Shown: positions 61,701 to 64,000 of the stretch, in pieces
Position numbering within the stretch: position 1 is the first letter of the stretch
Layout: the number at the start of each line of letters is the position of its first letter
IMG/VR virus record: IMGVR_UViG_3300006213_000874
Source: an uncultured virus (IMG/VR IMGVR_UViG_3300006213_000874)
Taxonomy: Duplodnaviria > Heunggongvirae > Uroviricota > Caudoviricetes
DNA: 64,000 nucleotides
Reading direction: 5' to 3' (one strand)
Translations under genes and position numbers: made by a program
The notes under the pieces: model-generated
Databases searched by the model: none
Seen by the model: the letters and a program-made list of their open reading frames with translations, nothing else
Told to the model about the DNA's origin: nothing

Positions 61701-62607
61701 TTACGATGCGGCAAAAAGCGTCATGGATGGAATGCGAGACGGAATGGATAAATATGTTTCAGAAATGGAACAATGGGTAAATTCTGTTAGAGAATCAACG
61801 CAAGAATGGTTTTCGATGGTTGGAGATGGAATTTATGTTTATGGGCAGGAGGCTTCTGACGGATATGGAGATGGGATATATGACGGATATGAAGATGTGG
61901 TAAATTCGGCGGAATCAGTTGCAAGCGGAGCAGAAAGTGCGTTTTCTGGAACAGAAGAGGAGGTTCAAATAGATGGCGTGAATATTGTTTCTGGACTTCA
62001 AAGTGGAATGGAAGAAAGGTGGGGAGAGCTTTTAGAATGGATCGCTGAAAAAAAAGAAGAATTAACGCTAAGTCTTTCGGAATTAGAAGAAGCAATGATG
62101 CCGGTTGGCGAGGGGATTATCAACGGACTGGCGCATGGCATGGAATCGATGTGGTATTCCGTAGAAGAGTGGGCAAAGAAAATAGAAGATACATTTTCTT
62201 CTGCCAAAAGCACGGAAAAGAATATGGAATACTTGCAAAGTGTAGCAACAAAAATTGCAGATAGCGCAGAAATTACAGGAAAAGATAAAACGGGATCTTT
62301 GGATAAACAAAAGTACAAAATAGCGGACCTTACACAAATTACAAAAAATAATAGCGTCGGGAAAGTCGTAGATCTTCGTGAGTACAACAAGAAAACAAAT
62401 TATTCTGGAACAGACGTAAAAAACCAGAACGCAAGGGACATGTCTGTGAGCATGATTACAGCAATAAACCAGGCAATTGTGCCTGCGCTACAAAAGATAG
62501 GAAATACGACCGTTGAATTAAAAGGGGATGCAAAAGGGTTGTTTGATGCGGTAGTAAAAGAAAACAGCAAATATAAAACGATAACCGGAGCATCCGCAAT
62601 GCGGTAA
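55732..62607 (+). CDS. Tape measure protein with lytic transglycosylase domain
   Basis: About 2290 aa, Trp-periodic repeats, HESSGNP..GLMQ SLT motif. Confidence 0.93.
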   Translation: MAEIDSLEIQITASSRAAATAIDALNRKLGTLANSLNFDAPGLEKLDKIHGDNIKNLGTGLNALGKGLQSIQSIRRIDFGKIATDVRRLSNIQSGNLQTLGNAMRPLADGINALSKAKVDNSNLTNLINSLTRLSNANLSNLNGANFTQLGTSIKDFANAVSGANKVEQSTIAMTNAVAKLAAAGKNIGKVTGALPHLANSLKAFMNTMHEAPQVANETITFAQAIGTLASAGDKTKATASNLKQLGTELKNFMQTMSAAPNVSDSVIRMTTALSGLVNQGGRVTLSSNSLSSSFSRVSGMSGRLRTNFRNLTGSMSGLSGATSKTASSLKGFLRQLMSATGVYFSIYGAIRGLKSAIDISSDLTEVQNVVDVAFGDMAYKVEEFAKVSVKDFGMSELTTKEIAGRFQAMSTAIGVSADKIGQANTFLSGQTKGYVAVSDSMADVSINLTKLAADMASFYNVEQTDVAKSLESIFTGTTAPLRKYGLDLTQATLSEWALKQGLDADISSMSQAEKTMLRYQYVLSNTKAAQGDFARTADSWANQTRVLAQQFEILASVIGGVFINAFKPVVKTLNAVMAKVISFAKTVADALGTIFGWTFEVNPGGITNDFGDMSSGIEDVADSAGDAADKVKDTTDEVKDLKANLQGIDKLHVISLDKDKDKGKDKGTGKDKDKGDGIGGIGGLDTNLFETKSVLKKYKSSIDTLYKLGEYIGKTLTKALNSINWDKVYAAADNFGIGLAQFLNGLISPELFAAVGRTIAGALNTALHVLDNFGATFDWKNLGDSLSAGLVAFLKGIDWETALSAAANWGTGIATTLNSFISPESFGLVGESIAKALNTAVQFALSFGQEFDWTNFGESLATGVNEFFRNFNFENLAEAINVWAKGILDTMITFLDKTEWYMIGERIGTFLAELDFAEIGGKIGQAIWKAINAGIELFKGMFSKAPIEAAIIAAFAALKLTGAGSIIAGGIAKALSSTKAKISTAITKVLKTALLKPISKFFTATLIPSITGLFSTVGSAFGLSGSAAVAAGGGVVVAGIVTAVATIKDLWGTSEIFRKSVLDAFDKIKKSVSDAFEKVSGAVKPLIDAFGELGKALSDFYQKGPLKPIVELLASLAVTLGGAVISTAIDVISDAFSALANVLTGAVEVITGVLEALNGIIHLDFDMAISGAAKAAKGILDAFSGILGGIINAGVDIVKGLLKGILSGFSNIGSWLKKNIFDPFINAFKNIFGIHSPSTVMAEQGRFLIQGLLNGISGMIGKVTKLFADIKNSIARVWGEAKKNTTEAWNTISNKVSETWGNMKSWASEKFSAIKNSVTGAWDKAKEKTVSAWTTISNKISETWNNIKSWASEKFNAAKKSISDAWESAKSKTTSTWSTISSKLSSTWNNIKTWASDKFSSAKNSIVNAWNTAKTKTQSTWDTIKNKISSVWKNIKSTISGALTGEGGIAGKLSSAWSNIKSTASKMWKQIADSILSPIKKAIDGVKNGINWVLEKVGAKKSVIKGSPKYAKGSNGIPEDTFGIVNDQKGSTYRELIVPPHGKPFIPKGRNVMLPLEKGTKIMPAMETKRFIGGLPHFEGGIGDFIGGAWEKVKNFTGQIWDYISEPKKIVQIAIDKFTSMTGILEPMLSIAKGAVSTIADGATSFVKKIFDEELKVDYKVGAGVQQWAGLAAKALQITGQYSAANLSYLLQQMQHESSGNPMSINLWDSNAKKGTPSKGLMQVIDPTFQSYAKPPYNKNIYDPLSNIIASIRYSLAKYGSLYNAWAKRGFIGYESGIGKITISDIIPGYANGGFPESGQLFMARENGSPEMVGKIGSRTVVANNEQITDAVAKAIAEKMNETTDEFGKIMNQLLKKMEKIFLSASEQKGVDRKSLYFVADRLIANIKDSFSSITNEFLKTGTISDNEVQSLLEKTAQIIEKGRQDNQENADALSLIYKSISSNSVDAFNAMNEAASAYRKYAESAKKETKRKEEIDIEINTDVKEESVYDAAKSVMDGMRDGMDKYVSEMEQWVNSVRESTQEWFSMVGDGIYVYGQEASDGYGDGIYDGYEDVVNSAESVASGAESAFSGTEEEVQIDGVNIVSGLQSGMEERWGELLEWIAEKKEELTLSLSELEEAMMPVGEGIINGLAHGMESMWYSVEEWAKKIEDTFSSAKSTEKNMEYLQSVATKIADSAEITGKDKTGSLDKQKYKIADLTQITKNNSVGKVVDLREYNKKTNYSGTDVKNQNARDMSVSMITAINQAIVPALQKIGNTTVELKGDAKGLFDAVVKENSKYKTITGASAMR

Positions 62608-62616
62608 AAAGGGGTG

Positions 62617-63027
62617 ATGCGATTGCCGGGAAAATACAAAGGCTGGGACATTAAAATGCCGAAAGGCATTGTCCCAGCCAAATTTATTATGGGATTCAAA
62701 GAAACACCTGACGCTCTTATGGATTTAGACCCACGACGGACAGGGGAGGGACTTTTGATTAGAAATGTGCTTCCTTATGTGGCAACCACAATAGATATAA
62801 CGTTTGTCCCAATGTCCATGTCGGAAAAAATGGAGCTGCAAGAATATTTTCCGCCGTCTGTATATGTAAAAGCTCCGGTAACATACTGGAACGAAAAGCA
62901 CAACGATTATTTTACAGGAGATTTTTATATACCGGAAATACCGTGGGAAAGATATGTGGACTGCTATAACGAACCTATCTACATAGCTACTCCAATACAG
63001 CTCATAGGGTATGGTGAAAAACGATGA
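62617..63027 (+). CDS. Distal tail protein (probable)
   Basis: Directly after the TMP; YWN..Y.TGDFY.P. Confidence 0.72.
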   Translation: MRLPGKYKGWDIKMPKGIVPAKFIMGFKETPDALMDLDPRRTGEGLLIRNVLPYVATTIDITFVPMSMSEKMELQEYFPPSVYVKAPVTYWNEKHNDYFTGDFYIPEIPWERYVDCYNEPIYIATPIQLIGYGEKR

Positions 63028-64000
63028 TTAATGTAAGCGATAAAGTCAGGGAACTGTACAAGACGGACAGAGTCCCGATACGCAAAGAGCCGATCACAAA
63101 AAAACTGTATATCAGGATTCTGGAAACCGGAACCGTCATAAGCGACGCGGACATGGAACTGGAAAACTTTACGCTTGAGGAAAGTATATGTAGCGCAGGC
63201 GAAATAGTTTTCGGTTCCTGTGAAGCGTCGTTCGTTTCGTTCGCTGTATACCAGACAGTCGAGGATTTGTCCAGTAAGACCGTCCGTATCTGGCAGACTA
63301 TAAACGGAAATGAGGTTCCGTTTGGAACATACAAGGTTGCAACAGTGACAAAACGGGACGGCGACCCAAGGTGGAAAGACATAACCGCCTACGACAGAAT
63401 GCCCGAACTTGACCGGGACGCTACGGCGTGGTTTACGGATTTCTGGAACAGGCATACGGTATCTACGATAAAAGAGTTCCGGCTGTCGTTTTTTGGGTTT
63501 ATGGGGTTCGATATAGTGGAACAGACGCTTATAAACGACCACATGGAGATTAAAAAGACCATAGACCCGGAATTTATAAAGGCAAGATACATTGCCCAGA
63601 AGATCGGCGAGATCAATGCGAGTTTCGGTCATTTTACAAGAGAGAATAAATTTAAGTACATTGATATAGGATCTCTTGCTCTATATCCAGCGGAAGACCT
63701 GTACCCGTCAGAAGATTTATTCCCGTCTGAGTCAACCGAAATTTTGTCCGGGGATTCTGCTATGCTGTATTTTGCGGACGAGAGCCATTACGAAGATTAC
63801 TATGTGCGAGCGATAGATAGCGTGCAGATTAAGGATTCTGATGGGAGCGCGGGAATTATAGTTGGAGAGGAAAATAAAAACCCTTACATTATACACAGCA
63901 ATTTCTTTGCATTTGGAAAAAGCGAACAGGAATTAAGGAATATTGCGAAAACATTTCTTTGGTCAGTTAAACGAAAGTTTTATATACCAAACACGACAAG
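63024..64000 (+). CDS. Tail tip/baseplate protein, truncated by the window
   Basis: ATGA overlap; LEESICS..FGSCEAS, LYPAEDLYPS; frame open to the window end. Confidence 0.75.
   Translation, partial: MINVSDKVRELYKTDRVPIRKEPITKKLYIRILETGTVISDADMELENFTLEESICSAGEIVFGSCEASFVSFAVYQTVEDLSSKTVRIWQTINGNEVPFGTYKVATVTKRDGDPRWKDITAYDRMPELDRDATAWFTDFWNRHTVSTIKEFRLSFFGFMGFDIVEQTLINDHMEIKKTIDPEFIKARYIAQKIGEINASFGHFTRENKFKYIDIGSLALYPAEDLYPSEDLFPSESTEILSGDSAMLYFADESHYEDYYVRAIDSVQIKDSDGSAGIIVGEENKNPYIIHSNFFAFGKSEQELRNIAKTFLWSVKRKFYIPNTT

Larger units (their letters stand above)
3269..64000 (+). mobile_element. Prophage (long-tailed, siphovirus-like), continues beyond the window
   Basis: Shift to AT-rich sequence after metA; terminase, portal, capsid, tail and tape measure genes; antirepressors; tRNA cluster. 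Confidence 0.93.

Noticed and set aside
3269..64000. Complete DGR, integrase, endolysin or defence system
   Set aside because: No reverse transcriptase, tyrosine integrase, endolysin or recognisable defence genes in this window; they may lie downstream.

Overview
Firmicutes (Lachnospiraceae-like by gene style; inference) chromosome segment. The first ~3.3 kb are host genes: recQ with an in-frame TAG at 1-3, a tRNA-Gly(CCC) missing its T-loop, and metA. From the 3' end of metA to the window end lies a large (>60 kb, incomplete) long-tailed prophage, with integrase arm-type repeats at the junction and no integrase in view. Gene order: HTH regulators and a Gln/Cys/Gly-rich cluster of unknown function interrupted by HNH endonucleases and regulatory cassettes (3.5-14.5 kb); small early genes, repeat arrays and a truncated initiator (14.5-18.4 kb); terminase small subunit and a serine-recombinase cassette; five tRNAs, including tRNA-Ile(UAU), interspersed with structured non-coding DNA (21.6-23.6 kb); replication initiator, ThyX and LemA; terminase large subunit, portal, scaffold, capsid, connectors, holins and major tail; a tail chaperone with a -1 frameshift; a 7 kb accessory island; and a tape measure protein with an SLT domain plus the start of the tail tip. 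The best candidates for undescribed biology are (i) four copies of an RHH repressor / double hairpin with embedded antisense promoter / cargo module resembling P22 arc-sar-ant, (ii) a self-promoted cassette flanked by a 22-bp inverted repeat that looks like a long-range antiterminator, and (iii) a triple AGGGA-hexaloop leader on the scaffold gene. All family calls come from motifs read by eye; no searches were run.
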